A DNA stretch of 64,000 bases from Antedon mediterranea (lineage: Eukaryota; Animalia; Echinodermata). Location: assembly GCF_964355755.1 (NCBI RefSeq), contig NC_092678.1:8448422-8512421 (forward strand). The letters run 5' to 3'. A program made the position numbers and the translations under genes. Of the stretch, positions 1 to 13,001 are shown piece by piece. Under the pieces are notes generated by a model. It was not told the DNA's origin. It made no database searches and was given only the letters and a program-made list of their open reading frames with translations. Positions within the stretch are counted from its first letter, which is position 1; every line of letters begins with the position of its first letter.

Positions 1-361
1 GGGAATACTCTACATTGTGTGATTCATTTTGATGTAGATTTCAAAGGTGTCTGGAGAGTGAGTGAATCAGTCATTTTGAAGGCAGTTGCACATTTTCTTT
101 GCTTGTCATTAGGTGTGGTTATGTCCCCAGGATTTTCTTAACATAGTGTTCTTGTTGACTTTTTCACTACTACACTTAAACAAACGAATTTGCATCTTCA
201 AAATGCGCAACAATAAAACATTTCTGTTCTGTTCACTTATACCTGCTAGATAGTCTAGGCTCCAGGTGGCAACAAAGTTGGTTTAACTTTTTAATTTCTT
301 TTTGAAAAAAAAACATGCATGGTGTATGTTTATATTAAGTTATATAAAAAAAACTACATAC

Positions 362-1124
362 CAATCGGAACAACATCCCTAAGGAGTGCTTTTTGAAGGT
401 CTAAATTAATTGTCCGGTACTCTTTGACCTCTTTTTGGCATTCGGCTAGTTTCTGGTTTACGTTATCGATTTCTGTTTTATGTTTTTGCATTTCTGACGG
501 TATTTCTCTGCCAGTTAAGACACTTTTAAATATTCTTCTTGTGATACATATTTACTTGTTGAAACAACAGTACAGAGAGGATTTTCCCTCTTTTTTTTTT
601 TTTTTTGATTTCTCTTCTAGTACTGTGCTCAGAGCAGTCTTCTCAGCAGCAGCAATACTTGATTTTTTTTGATTTCTTTAATTGCAAGAATAACAAGAAC
701 TATATTAGAAAATGTGTGTTTTGTAATTATAGGATACATAACAAAAGGTGTACCGTAGTGCAAAGGTTGCATTAAACAAATATCCTTTATCCATGAATTT
801 ATTTTTGATCAGTAATCATGTAAATATGCACCACTGTTTTAACTATTAACATAATTTAAACCAACATTTTTATGTTGTAAAAGTTATAAATTTTGAACAC
901 TTGAAAATAAATGAAAAAGTTAACATTGTTTTTGTTAACTCAATTAGTAAAAATTAATTTAACCAAAATTAAATCAATAGAAATATAAATATAATTACTT
1001 ACTCTTTCCTTTTTTGCTGATTGTATTAAATCCTCGTCACTTGTTTCATCCACACTTGTGTCAAGGATTTTGGAAACCTTTACTCTTGATTGACTGATAA
1101 GCACATCTAGATTTTCCCAGGTAT
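362..1124 (-). pseudogene. Spliced exon remnants of a coiled-coil protein, possibly BEN-domain (BEND5-like) or transposon accessory protein
   Basis: Exon 1003-1124 has AG/GTAAGT borders and reads DTWENLDVLISQSRVKVSKILDTSVDETSDEDLIQSAKKER. A second exon ending at a GTATGT donor (361) reads ...QKLAECQKEVKEYRTINLDLQKALLRDVVPI, but frame is broken around poly-A runs. Confidence 0.4.
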
Positions 1125-2029
1125 CTATTAAAGCAAAATTATACTGTTAAGATACTTTTGATGGTCCGTTATTTACCATTAAAACTATGGTGCATTGAAA
1201 CTCCCAAAGCAGTATGTTAATTTATGTAGCAACATAAAAGGTAATCACTATATAATATTAAAAATAAAATAATTTTGAAAATGATTTAAATATAGATAAG
1301 ACAACTTTATTTGTCCACTAGTGGAAATTACAGTATGATGGCGAGGCCAAGTGCTTCAGACCCTTAACTGGCAATATCTCATGAAGGTGTGGTATACCAA
1401 ACCAAACTTGGTTGCTTTCAAGTTTTTTGTAACACTTCTTTTGTGATAATCTTTTGGTGGTTTACTTCCAACTACAATACACACTCTGAAACCGTTTGGT
1501 AATGCATGTTCTCCCGACACCATATGCGAAACAGACTCTATATGAAACAACTGCTTAAATATTGCAGAAGCAGGCTGCATTTAAACTTGTTCATTTAGCA
1601 TTGTTAAATTTGTGTGATGGCGCATAATACTTTTTGGTACCACCACCAATATTTTCAGTAGCACTCATTGTTTAAAATAGTATTAATGTTCAGGGATTGA
1701 AGAACTACTACTACAGTATGCCATTAGGCCTGTTTCTATACAGGTCAACCCAAAAAGTAAAATAATTAATTCCATTGGGTTCAAGATTAAGGAAAATTTA
1801 TAAAAGAAGAAATTAAAAATAAAAAATCCAAGAAAGAATGGTTTAAAATGTTTAAAATTTATGGTTTAAAAGAAAATGTTAAAAAATACAAATTCAAGAA
1901 AAGAAAAGCATTGACATGTTTTTGGCTTAAAATCGTCTTTTGCATTGGGGCAACAGATATACAGAATCTTCCCTAACCTTCACTTAAAAACATTTGTATA
2001 GCATAAACTGTAAAGTCGTAAGAACTGTC

Positions 2030-3545
2030 GGTCACAACTGTCTAATTGACTTATATAGATACCATTGACGTTGTATTGAAAGGTTGGGTGGTGTTAGAGG
2101 TTCAGGTAGGTCATGAGGTGGCCATCTGTCTAATTGACTTATATAGATACCATTGATGTTGTATTGAAAGGTTGGGTGGTGTTAGAGGTTGGTAGGTCAT
2201 GAGGTGGCCATACCCCATTTTGTTTTAACGTAGCCTTAACCTGAATTGTACTGTCAGCATAATTCTGGCAATAAGCAGTGCCAACATTGTGATGGAAGCT
2301 TTTAATTCCATGCAATAGATGAGCACATCCATCAAGGAAAGATTTCCAGTCATACACTGGGATCAAAGAGACTCATTTCTCGTCTCCTGAAAGATGAGGT
2401 ATGTTGATTGTGGCCTGTGTGCTCTCTTTATTCGCTCTGCTGATGTCATTTAAATTTATGACCATAAATTTTCTCTTGTAGTAGTTACATGTTCACACAT
2501 TTTCAGAAATATTACCTGCCACACCTTTAGCATGAAATAAATTAATGTACGGATTGCGAACCATCATGGTTGTATGTTTCCAATTGTGATGTAGGCGAAT
2601 CATAAGACAGAGCAGCATAATAATAAATATTAAAATAGCTAGCAAAAACAGATGTGGGCTACGAATTCACATTACATACCAAGCTATGTTGCGGACTCTC
2701 TCATTGTTATATACCAAAGGAACATCGTCTTCACTATCCCTTTCACTATCATCTGATGAAGAAAGCACAACAGCCATTCTTTTTTTCGATAATGGCTCGA
2801 ATTGATAAGGCCTAATCTCTAAATCAGGTATTTCTTTAATCACCATCTATCACTTTGTTTTGATACAAATCTGTATAATGTGCCGGTGGTTTACACAGCG
2901 TGGTCGAAAGTGTGTTGCAGCCTCAAAGGTTAATGACTGTTAACCAAATGAAAACTTTGGTAACACTTGATTCACCACAGGATTGATGTTTTTCAGAAGG
3001 CTACTTCCAAAAAATGTTATTTACTATAATTCAAAACTATTTATAAGACGCATAACTGACACAATTTGTTCAGGTATTAGGTTATAATAGGAAAAATGAT
3101 TTTATCAAAAGGAACAATTCCAGTATAGATTTAAAAGCAGCTGTAATGTTTGCTGGCCTTTGGAAAGGCATATGAGACTAGCTCAGGTAGGTCATGAGAT
3201 GGCCATACCCCATTTTTTATAAATAAATAATTCTGACAATAAGCAGTGCCAACATTGTCAGCCTTCCAGTCGTACACTGGGAAGAAAGTGCCTCCTTTCT
3301 CATCTCCTGCAAGATGAGGTATGTTGATGATGGCCTGTGTGCTTTCTCTATTTGCTCTGCTGATGTCATTTAAACAGGAACTGTGTTGCCGGTTGTAGAG
3401 CGTTGCTTAAAAAGGCCACATCACCAGTCGATGGTGAATTTGGTGTGCCCAGCAATCAAATCAAATCAATCTTACATTGATTTCTCGGTGTAGTCCATGG
3501 AAAGTGCACCATATTAAGTACCACATTACATTTTTATTTTGCCCA
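2030..3545 (-). mobile_element. Fragmented Sola-superfamily (Sola1-like) transposase relic with internal duplications
   Basis: Minus strand ~3410-3530 reads NVMWYLIW..HGLHREINV..LIAGHTKFTIDW*CGLFKQR; 2139-2366 reads YDWKSFL..GIKSFHH. ~2195-2452 is repeated at ~3184-3372, and there is an ~88-bp tandem duplication at 2038-2210. Confidence 0.55.
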
Positions 3546-3599
3546 CTACAGTTAATATCACAATGACACACCGTATCATTTTAGATAAGTACGGTTCAA

Positions 3600-4390
3600 C
3601 AAAATCCATAATAATCTGATATAGTAAATCTTGGTATGTTCGTCATCTATCTCTATTAATTCAAGAACTTCTACAGTAGTCATTTGGTTATCAACTATAT
3701 TTCCTTCAAATATAAGATCGTCCTGAAAAAGCAAAATACACAATGCTAGTACTAGTCTGCCTATAGTATATAGTATAAGAAAGTGACAGTTTTATTATTA
3801 CTTGGGTAGCTTCTTGAATGTCATATCCAATGTCTACTGCTTGTGCCTATAGTTGAATTGGTGATTTATTTCTCTCTCTCCTTATCTTATGATGACAATG
3901 TGCTTCTCTGAACTTTTCTAGGTGAAAGTTGATAATTGGTAGAAATACATAGTGTAGTGTAGTGTGTTTTATCCAATGGATCTAGCTGTTCGTTTGCTTC
4001 CAGTTCATAAAACAATTTTGAAAATCTACCTGTGCATTTCTATAAAAGATAGAGACTAGATTTGGTATTATGTAAAGATGTAATGTAATTTATAATTAAC
4101 GATTCTTTGTATACAGTACTGCGGAAGGATATTAAAGAAATTACATTTTATACCTCAAACATATGTTTCCAGTGTCTTTCAATACGTTGTTTATGAACAC
4201 TCCGTCCTCACCGTAACGTGATACCATATATTTTGCCACCAGGGTGTTTTCCAACCCCATATCCGTATGCACCTTTGTAGGGATGCCGTAATTACCAACA
4301 GCACTCAGGAATCCTTTCAATACGGTCTCTGCTCTATCATTAGGCGCGTAAAACCGTTGATTGCCCATGTACCACAAATCGCCATCTGTG
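3600..4390 (-). mobile_element. IS3EU-like (integrase-core DDE) transposase pseudogene with introns
   Basis: NDRAETVLKGFLSAVGNYGIPTKVHTDMGLEN, then after a frameshift HKQRIERHW; next exon FYELEANEQLDP..LHYVFLPIINFHLEKF..HKIRRERNKSPIQL*. Confidence 0.7.
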
Positions 4391-4827
4391 ACAGATAATA
4401 TTTACAAAATTAAAACAATTAATATCAATGTAACAGGCAATATAATACACATGGTGTTATTGAATAAACATGGTTATACCATTAGGATTTGAGTACTAAA
4501 ATGTTATGATAATATTGACGAAAACTAATTGTTTTTGTTTAAATGTTGTTTTATAAATAAACTATAAGTCCTATGTATTTCAATGTAAAAAGTTTTACTT
4601 ATTAACTAATTTCTTCATAATTCGTTTTCACAATAACTTCACAATAACTTTTTATACATAAAGTAAATTAAAATTAAATAAAACGATATACATTGCAAGT
4701 TTGATTTTTCAATACAATTCAAAACATTTCATTCAAAGCATTCAATCCAAACAATTTCATTCATATATCGTGCCATTCAATTCATATCGATGCATTTCAT
4801 TCACATATTGCTTCATAAAATTCATAT

Positions 4828-5931
4828 CAGGGTCATTCCATGCCAAATCACCTAAATTTCAGAAAAGTTGCCAGGTGACCCCCTTAGATTTTGCCTAAAA
4901 TTCTCCAAAATGTTCTTTTATGTAAACAATGAACACCCAGAAAATGTTAGACCCGAAGTCCCAGTCGTTTTAAAAATACGACCCTCCGAAATATGCCACG
5001 CCCCCTTTATTTTTTGTCGCTTGTTACGTCAATGTCCTTTCTGTCATTTTAAAAGACCCATAACTTTTGATTGAAAAAAGATAGAAAGCTGAAACTTGCT
5101 ACCCTGGGTATTCTGTGGGTGTACTTACATATGCAATCAGAAACAGTGTATCTTGCTTCGTTTCAAAGTTATTAGCTCTTCAAAATGAAGGATATTTGTC
5201 GCAACTTTCTTTTTTTGACATTTTACGTTTACCTAGTGCCCGTACCATAGGTCTGACGAAGGTCAAATTGTGTATACATGATCTTTAGGTACAGGTATGT
5301 AATCCTAAGCAAATATAGTCTAATCAGATAATCAATGGAGGTATGGTTAGAACTTAAAGTCGGACCCACCCCTGAAAAATTAAAAAACCATCACTTTTCG
5401 TTTCCTCGGTCTTGGGGCCAGGTCAGAGCTGTATGCATAGACATCATTGTGTTCATCTGATCATTCTACAATGTTTCCAATGAACCATTCTTGGTGATAT
5501 ACACCGGCTATGTACTTGCCAGCTTGAAAATCATTCGAATCATGAGGTGCTTTGGAGGCAATGGACTGTTCACCTATTGAAATAGTATTGCAAACGTCAT
5601 CTCTTGATAGCCGCCGCATCTTCAGTGCACATTCTGATATTAGTATGAAACTATGGTGTGAGCGTGTACCAGACACAGTCTTCGACAATGAATAGCGCTT
5701 CTCGAGCTGATAGATGTCTGAATTTCTTTGAACTTCATCATTACTCACAAAGGAAAACTTTATCCCACTTAAATATTATGCTGATCAGCCTATTTAAACA
5801 TTTGTTGAGGCGTTAGGATTTGATCTTTTTCTATTGGTGCTTGTAAGCTGACTCTAGCCACTAACCGTTTAGTAGTTCCACCTAGCCCATCACAGGGACT
5901 TTTACCGTGGCTTGTAGCAAAAAAGTTCCAG
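4828..5931 (-). mobile_element. Sola2-like transposase C-terminal relic plus probable element end
   Basis: WNFFATSHGKSPCDGLGGTTKR at ~5865-5930, continuing through stops/frameshift into ORF 5461-5748 (..SGTRSHHSF..WFIGNIVE). Probable terminus AGGGTCATTCCATG near 4829. Confidence 0.7.
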
Positions 5932-6629
5932 CCCTAAGTTAAGGTCAGTGGTTAGGGTTAGTAATCCAGTATCACTCAATTTACTAGCAAAAGCTATTGT
6001 TTTATATTCTTAAAAATTGCTAATAACTAATCCTTTTTGCGGAGGTGAAAGAGAAACATGTTTCATTTATTAATGCTTTTGGGATTACACTAATTCCTTG
6101 ATAATTAATAATTTCAAAATCATTTTCAACTTAAATTTCCTGTGAAATACTAAAAATTAGGATATACAAAAGCATATTTTGACTATTATACAACTAATGA
6201 ATGTTTATGAGTGCAATGATACAAATAATTTTCATTTTCTTTTACCAAATTTGTTGTTCCAAATATAAAATATTCATTATTTGTTTACATTCAACTGTAA
6301 TTATTCATTTGATAACACCCCTGTTATAGGCCGCACTCTAAATTATCAAAATCAAATTTATTTTGTCCTCCAAGAAACTATTTTGAGCATATTTCATAGT
6401 ATCATGTAAAAATATTTAGAACATTTGGTTAAAAGTATTAAAATATTTAAGAAGAATACTATTTGACATTTTACATTAAATGCCAGAATTCTGTAGGTTA
6501 TTTCGTACACTTTTCATCAGGTGTGGAGCATCAGACATCATTATTTCATGTATCCTGGTAAGCATGCAGACCAGTAGAAGCATAATAAGCTATAGGATCT
6601 TGTAGCTTGGTGAAAATGTCTCGGACAAA

Positions 6630-7035
6630 CACGACATGATCTAGTGGCCCATTTGTTTTTTTTCCTTGCGGGAACGGATTTTTCCAGCTAACTTTTTTAT
6701 AGTTACCAATCCAATCCTATAAAAACAGTTGGTATTTGATTTGGCAGTCTGTCATGCTGAAAACATGTCAACAATCTGCTCAGCATCTATGTGTGGTTTT
6801 GTGCTGATTTAGTCTCCTTTCGAAGCTGTTCTGATAAGTCTAACTCAAAGTACCTCTTGTAGTGATGTACAAGTACCTCATTCGAGCACCTTTCAAGCAT
6901 GTTGACATCATCTTGAAAACATTTGTGTTCATACCTCTAGGGACATAAAACAGTGTCATCCAAGAGCCGATCAACAACTTCCCTAAAAGCCCCAACAATT
7001 GAATTTCAAGTTTTGCAATTGGATTAGCATCCTTT
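6630..7035 (-). mobile_element. Degenerate transposase-like coding relic, family unassigned
   Basis: Interrupted frame ..LVHHYKRYFELDLSEQLRKETKSAQNH..DAEQIVDMFSA*..KKLAGKIRSRK resembles C-termini of invertebrate DDE transposases as I recall them. Confidence 0.3.
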
Positions 7036-7189
7036 GAACTGCATGATGTGCAAGTTAAAAATAATATTTATTTGATCTACTAACTGCTGTAAAAATGTCA
7101 CTGATTGGGCACATTTGATATGAGTATTGTTTTGTTTTTGTCAGGAAATATATTTTTCTCACCGACAATCAATGGTCAATGCTTCCCAA

Positions 7190-8840
7190 TGCACCAAAGT
7201 CTACCAAGGTTTGGCAGACATTGATGTAACCATTTAAGGCACCATGCAATGCTGTAAAGCCATCCTTTACATAAAGACAAAACAAAAATAAATAACAGTA
7301 AATAGTAGCCATCACAAAATGAGGTCAACTTGCCTTCAATTCAAGTAAAAAAACAAACTAAAGAATACAGTAAATGCTTGGCATCACTAGTCTGTTACAC
7401 ATTAAATACAAGATGAAAACAGTATATTACTTACCTTACTCTTTATGAACATCTTCATCACCTGCAATTAACAGTTAATATGTATTCATTTTCTGAAATT
7501 GGATTACTTTGTTGTTGAATTATTTTATTTGGTCACAATTAAAAAGTACTTACTATCCATCCATTTCCTTGAGTCGTTTCCCAACTTTACGTATCTCATC
7601 AATTGCGGACGGAGTCTGGTACTGTAGATGTTTGCATTTACGAGGGCAGAATGCCCCATATGTTTATAGAAGAGAACCCTCTCTCCTTCTGGAATTTCCA
7701 TGCTAGGCAGGTAGGCCCTATGGTTTGTTTAACTGCTTTTGTTAATAACTCTTTCTGTCTATCACTTCTATAACTATACATTCCTTTCTTATAAAAAGCA
7801 ATGAGAACTGATTGATCTTCTGTATATAAATTATGCTTAATTCTGACATAGGCGAGCACTTGCTGCTTTATAATCAAGAAATTTATCTTAATGACTTACC
7901 TTATCTTGTATGCCCACAGTTGCGCCAAAGTCTACCAAGGTTTGTCAGACATTGATGTAACCATTTAAGGCACCATAATGCAATGCTGTCCATCCTTTAA
8001 CATAAAGGGGAAAAAATATGTAAGAAAAATGCACATTACAGTCATGTGATGGTCCAGTCCAGTTGTATCCCACTTGTACAACAACCCTTTGCCAAGTTCT
8101 AATGAAATACATAAAAAACATAAATTTGATATAAATGTAAATAGAGTTATCGTTTTCTAATGAGTAATTAAATGACAATATCCACTTAAATTTTCCCATT
8201 GTGCTCTGACGAGCACAATGTGAAAATTAGGGGACAAATCTCCGCCTTTGATCTATCTCAGATGTATCGCGAAACATAGATTTGATAACATTAGTTTTCA
8301 TTATTACGCTATTGTTCCATTTTTGTCTTTTATGACAAATCTTAGCGTTTCCTATCGAAATTTGTAGATATTACAGGGTTAATTTTACACACTCTCGCTG
8401 ATCAACAGGTTTCCGGGTCCCTTGACTTCCCGCAAAATAGTCATTGGTGGAGACATTCAATATTTTTATTCGTCAGTAAGTCCAGAAAATATTGGATACA
8501 CGGCAAAATAAATAACTCATTGATATTAATTCTATATAAAATAGGGAGTGGCAGGACATATGCCGGCCTGAAATAACAGGCTTTTACTTTTCGTCCTAAT
8601 TACAATTTGATTTTAGTTAGTAACTAATTATTTGATTATTGAAGGCCTTTACTTTTACGTGAACTACAATATGATTTTAGTGATTTTAGATGATCTTGTC
8701 TTCCATTGGCCTACATCACGTGCTGCTTTATAATACAGAAATTAATCTGACTTGCCTTATCTTGTATGCCCACAGTTGCTGCATAGGCTAGGCAGACATT
8801 GATGTAACCATTCAAGGCACCATAATACAATGCTGTTTAG
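7190..8840 (-). pseudogene. Three dispersed copies of an ankyrin-repeat exon (~7190-7266, ~7900-7995, ~8755-8838)
   Basis: GWTALHYGALNGYINV(C/*)QTLVDFGATVGIQDK followed by GTAAGT in the middle copy, which has an in-frame TGA. The other two copies are truncated or carry deletions. Confidence 0.7.
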
Positions 8841-9563
8841 CAATGCTTTATCATAAAGCTGAATAAATTCCAGAAGTTTTTGGCTTCTTCTTTCATTGTT
8901 GTCGTTTCTTGAGGTACACAGAGTTGCTTTGTTGCTTCAACAACTGTGTCGAAATGTTTACTGTGTAAACACGCCTCTAAACTCATTTGAACATTTTATT
9001 TCATTTACAGTAAACACAGGCGACCCAGATGATGCTTTCAAGCGGCAATTTCATTTTTTTTGCGGTCTCCCATTCTTTCTAATAAAATCATCATTTGTTA
9101 TGGTTTGTTTAATTTCTTCTGATACTCTTTCTCGCATGCCGCTGACTATAACTTGTAAAACTTGATTCCCAAGATTTCTTTCCTTTTCCTCTCATGTAAG
9201 TATTACCTACTTCTAACAACATTCTACATTGTGATACATATGACTAAATTTCTCTTGAATCATGTCCTTCTTCATTTTCATTGTGTTTACAGCGTTTGGC
9301 ATGCAACCAAATTTATTATTTATTAACATTAATGTAAGGATAAAAACAACCATGGTCTGGTAGTGGCTTTGGCTTTATTTGGTATTACTGTAGCAAAGAT
9401 CAGATGGTCCTTCATTTTTATTTCAACTTTATTTATAGAGGGTAACCCTTCCAGCTGAACCCGCAGGCCAGCTGATATTCAGGGGCCCTCTTAAAAATGA
9501 CAAAATATATAAAACTATACTTAACTAATACGAATCTACTATATACATTTAAATTTAAAACTA

Positions 9564-9609
<46 letters not shown>

Positions 9610-9635
9610 ATCCAAAAAAAAATTCAATTAAACAA

Positions 9636-12600
9636 TTACGATAAAATGTGTTTTTTAAAATTAAATTTAAACGAGTTAATATTTGTACATTCTTTCAAAA
9701 CAGAAGGTAATACATTATATAAAATACAAGCAGAATAAATAAAAGAGCGCCGGAAACATTCCAATTTAACTTTGGGTACCAGTAAGTCTCCCCTGGAAGC
9801 AGCCCTAGTCCTCATAGAGTGTATCGGAACAGTGGAAAATCGTTGGGTGATGTATCGAGGGGCAATATTGTTCATGGCTTTAAAAGCTAGGCAGCCTACC
9901 TGGTACTGCACCCTCTGTGACACATTCATGATGTGTAGAGATGTTAGAAGAATGTGAGTGCTGGTGCGAGGCGGAGCTTGAAGAACTACACGCATAGCGC
10001 GATTTTGAAGTTTTTGAATCTTATTAATGTTTGTTTTACTTCCGGTGCCCCAGAGAAGAGCACCGTAGTCAATGTGTGGTAAAATTAATGTGTTGTAAAA
10101 TAAATGTGCTGTACGTTTGTCAAGATATTTTCTAATTCGTGCAAGTGTGTGGATTTTGAAAGAAAGTGTAGAGCTCAACTTACTGACATGGGTATGCCAG
10201 TTAAGTTGATTGTCAATGTGCACACCTAAGTGTTTGTGGTTAGTTACAACTTTGATCGGTTGTGCAGCAATCGATACGTCTATTGTTTTGTGTTTAAGCC
10301 GCTGAGGGACGCCAATTAACATCGCCTCAGTTTTGTCAGTGTGTAATGATAATCGGTTAGAGGTGAGCCATGTGTTAATTAGTGAGAGGTCAGAGTTGAT
10401 GTTTCTGTTAATTATATGTATGTTAGAGTGCGAATAATAGAGGGTGGAATCATCAGCATAAAGATCAAGAGTGCCATGTTCTGGAACAGTGGCAAGATCA
10501 TTGATGTAAATTGTGAATAACAAGGGTCCAAGAATGGACCCCTGAGGTATACCGTGTGTTATGGTGAGAAAATTAGAATAAGTGTTTTTGAATTTAACTG
10601 TTTGAGTGCGGTTAGTTAGATATGATGTGAACCACTCGATGCCAGATGAGGATACACCACACCGAGTCAATTTTCTAAGCATGATCTTGTGGTTGACCGT
10701 GTCAAAAGCTTTTCTTAAATCTATGAAAACTGACCCGGTGAGGCGACCCCCATTCATAGCATCGAGCCAGTTGTCACATGTGTTAGTAAGTGCTGTAGTG
10801 GTAGAGAAGTGTTTCCTAAAGCCTGATTGGTTATCTGAGAGAATGTTCTGTGCTGTAAGATAGTCATAGAGTTGGATATGAGCAGCGCGTTCAATGATTT
10901 TAGAGAGGATTGGTAAAACGGATATAGGTCGATAATTGTTGAGTTCGTCCTTGGCCCCACTTTTATATATGGGAACAACTTTGGCGATTTTTAGGTCATT
11001 TGGAAAAATACCAGATGAAAGTGAAAGATTACAGATAAATGTCACAGAAGGCGCAATAACAGGGGCTGCCAACTTGAGCAATTTGATAGGGTAACAATTT
11101 ACTCCAAGCGACGTTCCACAGTCCAATCGACTAAGCTGCTCCAGGACAGACTCACAAGATACCCTCTGAAAATCAAATTGAGAATCAAATAAAGGTAAAT
11201 AAGAACATGGATCAACATTATTAGCTGCAAGTGCATTGTCAAGATGAGTAGCTATATTTACAAAATAATCATTATATGCATTACTAATTTCATTTTCATT
11301 ACAAGAAGCATGACCATTGATCCTAACAGAAGATGGCAACCAGTTAGACTTTGATGAGATCAAATGTTTCATTCCTTTCCACATCTTGCTGGTGTCATTC
11401 GCAGATTCAATTAAAAAGTTCCTATAATAATTAACTTTTGACTTTCTACACATTTTATTAATCTGATTTCTTAATTTTTTAATTTGTAACCATAGTTCAG
11501 CTTGACCGTTTGGTTTTGCCTTTGACTTTAATCTATCACGTTCGTGCATCAGAATCAATATGTCATCACGACCTTTTAACCACAAGGGCAAACTTTTTTT
11601 AAAACGTTTCGTTTTTTCTGGAGCATGGACATTAATTACTCCACCAAGGAAATTGTGAAGAACTTTTAAACAGACGTTCACGTCATCAAGTTGAGGAATT
11701 ATGTTCCAAGGTAGTTTTTTCAGGTCATTAATGAAGTTATCCTCATTGAAATTTCGGAAGTCCCTGAAGGTCTGCTGATCATGTACATTCTTGGGGGGTT
11801 TGATACGTATTGATGTAAAAATAAAGTCATGATCACTTATGTCTGAAGACAACGTTGTATTGTTGTCGTGTAATTCCTTGTTGGTTGTGAGTATAACATC
11901 AATTAACGTTTGAGAGTCTCTGGTCGTACGCGTTGCATTCGGGATAATCTGTGTCAGATTGAATAAGTCCATGATATGCATGAGACTGTTTCTATTCGTG
12001 TGTGGTTTCAGCATGTCCACATTAAGATCGCCTAGCATGATAAAATCCTTGGAATCACAATAGTCTTCCAGGAAACTCTCAAGATGAGTAAAATATATCG
12101 AAGGCGAGTTTGGGGGTCTGTAGACAACTGATGCCCGTATTACGACTGAAGCCACATGAATTTCTACAAGAAGGGATTCGATACTAGCATGTTTAGGATC
12201 CACGATTAACTGGGTAAAAGACAATGAGCTGGCAATAAACATTGCCACCCCTCCTCCATGTCTATTCCTATCACGGCGAAGGAGAGTATACCCAGGTAGT
12301 GATACTTCATTATCGTGAATTATATCCGAGAGTTTAGTCTCCGAAATTGCCAAAATATGTAGTTGAGTACGATGCAATAACAGTCGTAGTTGATCGATTT
12401 TGTCCGTTAAACTGTTTATATTGATGTGCGCAATTCGTAATCCCTTGCATTGATTTATAAAATCAAACGTTGGGGATCTCCGGCTGCCACCTGCATTCAA
12501 ATCAAGCTGGGTATTCCTTCGAAGTACTTGAGCTTGATTGTTGTTGTTGCAAACAATGGTATTCGTTCCGGGTTGATGATTACTATTTCCGTAATGTCTG

Positions 12601-13001
12601 CCATTTTGTGGACCAGGGTTTAATTCAATATCTCCACACATACATAATTCTGACATGTTAAATGTACTTTGAGAGTTATGATAGTATCGGATGGGCGCAT
12701 TGAAAAATTTGCGTTTGAAAGTCCCGCTATACGTATTTATACGCTTCAGATCGTGTAGAGCATTATATGTATCCGGCCTTGCTGTCGCCTGCGACAACTC
12801 GACGTAGGAGAGCGATAATGAAATTGATATAGGCTTACCGATAAAATCACTGTCGTATGTCCAATTTAGTCCATTAAAACGGTCATTGTTCGCCAATCCA
12901 TAAACAATATCATAATCATACTTCTTGTATCGGTAGGATCCATAATATATGAACCCAGATACAGCAATTAATGAAAGTAATGATAGAGTATAAAGACCCA
13001 T
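9636..13001 (-). CDS. LINE polyprotein: N-terminal hydrophobic leader + 2A-like peptide + APE endonuclease + reverse transcriptase
   Basis: Uninterrupted 1121 aa. APE motifs HININSL, ISETKL, VYRPP, GDLNVD, TLIDVI, SDHD; RT motifs YRPISVLP, FIDLRKAFDTV, GIPQGSILGPLLF, YADD. Confidence 0.95.
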   Translation of the reverse strand: MGLYTLSLLSLIAVSGFIYYGSYRYKKYDYDIVYGLANNDRFNGLNWTYDSDFIGKPISISLSLSYVELSQATARPDTYNALHDLKRINTYSGTFKRKFFNAPIRYYHNSQSTFNMSELCMCGDIELNPGPQNGRHYGNSNHQPGTNTIVCNNNNQAQVLRRNTQLDLNAGGSRRSPTFDFINQCKGLRIAHININSLTDKIDQLRLLLHRTQLHILAISETKLSDIIHDNEVSLPGYTLLRRDRNRHGGGVAMFIASSLSFTQLIVDPKHASIESLLVEIHVASVVIRASVVYRPPNSPSIYFTHLESFLEDYCDSKDFIMLGDLNVDMLKPHTNRNSLMHIMDLFNLTQIIPNATRTTRDSQTLIDVILTTNKELHDNNTTLSSDISDHDFIFTSIRIKPPKNVHDQQTFRDFRNFNEDNFINDLKKLPWNIIPQLDDVNVCLKVLHNFLGGVINVHAPEKTKRFKKSLPLWLKGRDDILILMHERDRLKSKAKPNGQAELWLQIKKLRNQINKMCRKSKVNYYRNFLIESANDTSKMWKGMKHLISSKSNWLPSSVRINGHASCNENEISNAYNDYFVNIATHLDNALAANNVDPCSYLPLFDSQFDFQRVSCESVLEQLSRLDCGTSLGVNCYPIKLLKLAAPVIAPSVTFICNLSLSSGIFPNDLKIAKVVPIYKSGAKDELNNYRPISVLPILSKIIERAAHIQLYDYLTAQNILSDNQSGFRKHFSTTTALTNTCDNWLDAMNGGRLTGSVFIDLRKAFDTVNHKIMLRKLTRCGVSSSGIEWFTSYLTNRTQTVKFKNTYSNFLTITHGIPQGSILGPLLFTIYINDLATVPEHGTLDLYADDSTLYYSHSNIHIINRNINSDLSLINTWLTSNRLSLHTDKTEAMLIGVPQRLKHKTIDVSIAAQPIKVVTNHKHLGVHIDNQLNWHTHVSKLSSTLSFKIHTLARIRKYLDKRTAHLFYNTLILPHIDYGALLWGTGSKTNINKIQKLQNRAMRVVLQAPPRTSTHILLTSLHIMNVSQRVQYQVGCLAFKAMNNIAPRYITQRFSTVPIHSMRTRAASRGDLLVPKVKLECFRRSFIYSACILYNVLPSVLKECTNINSFKFNFKKHILS
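12609..12635 (-). other. 2A/StopGo ribosomal skipping motif GDIELNPGP
   Basis: Exact match to D(V/I)ExNPG|P, preceded by APIRYYHNSQSTFNMSELCMC, ~130 aa into the ORF and upstream of the APE domain. Confidence 0.85.

Noticed and set aside
9570-9607. A38 run as the LINE poly(A) tail
   Set aside because: The LINE is on the minus strand, so this is a T-tract inside the 3' UTR; the TSD places the true end at 9415.
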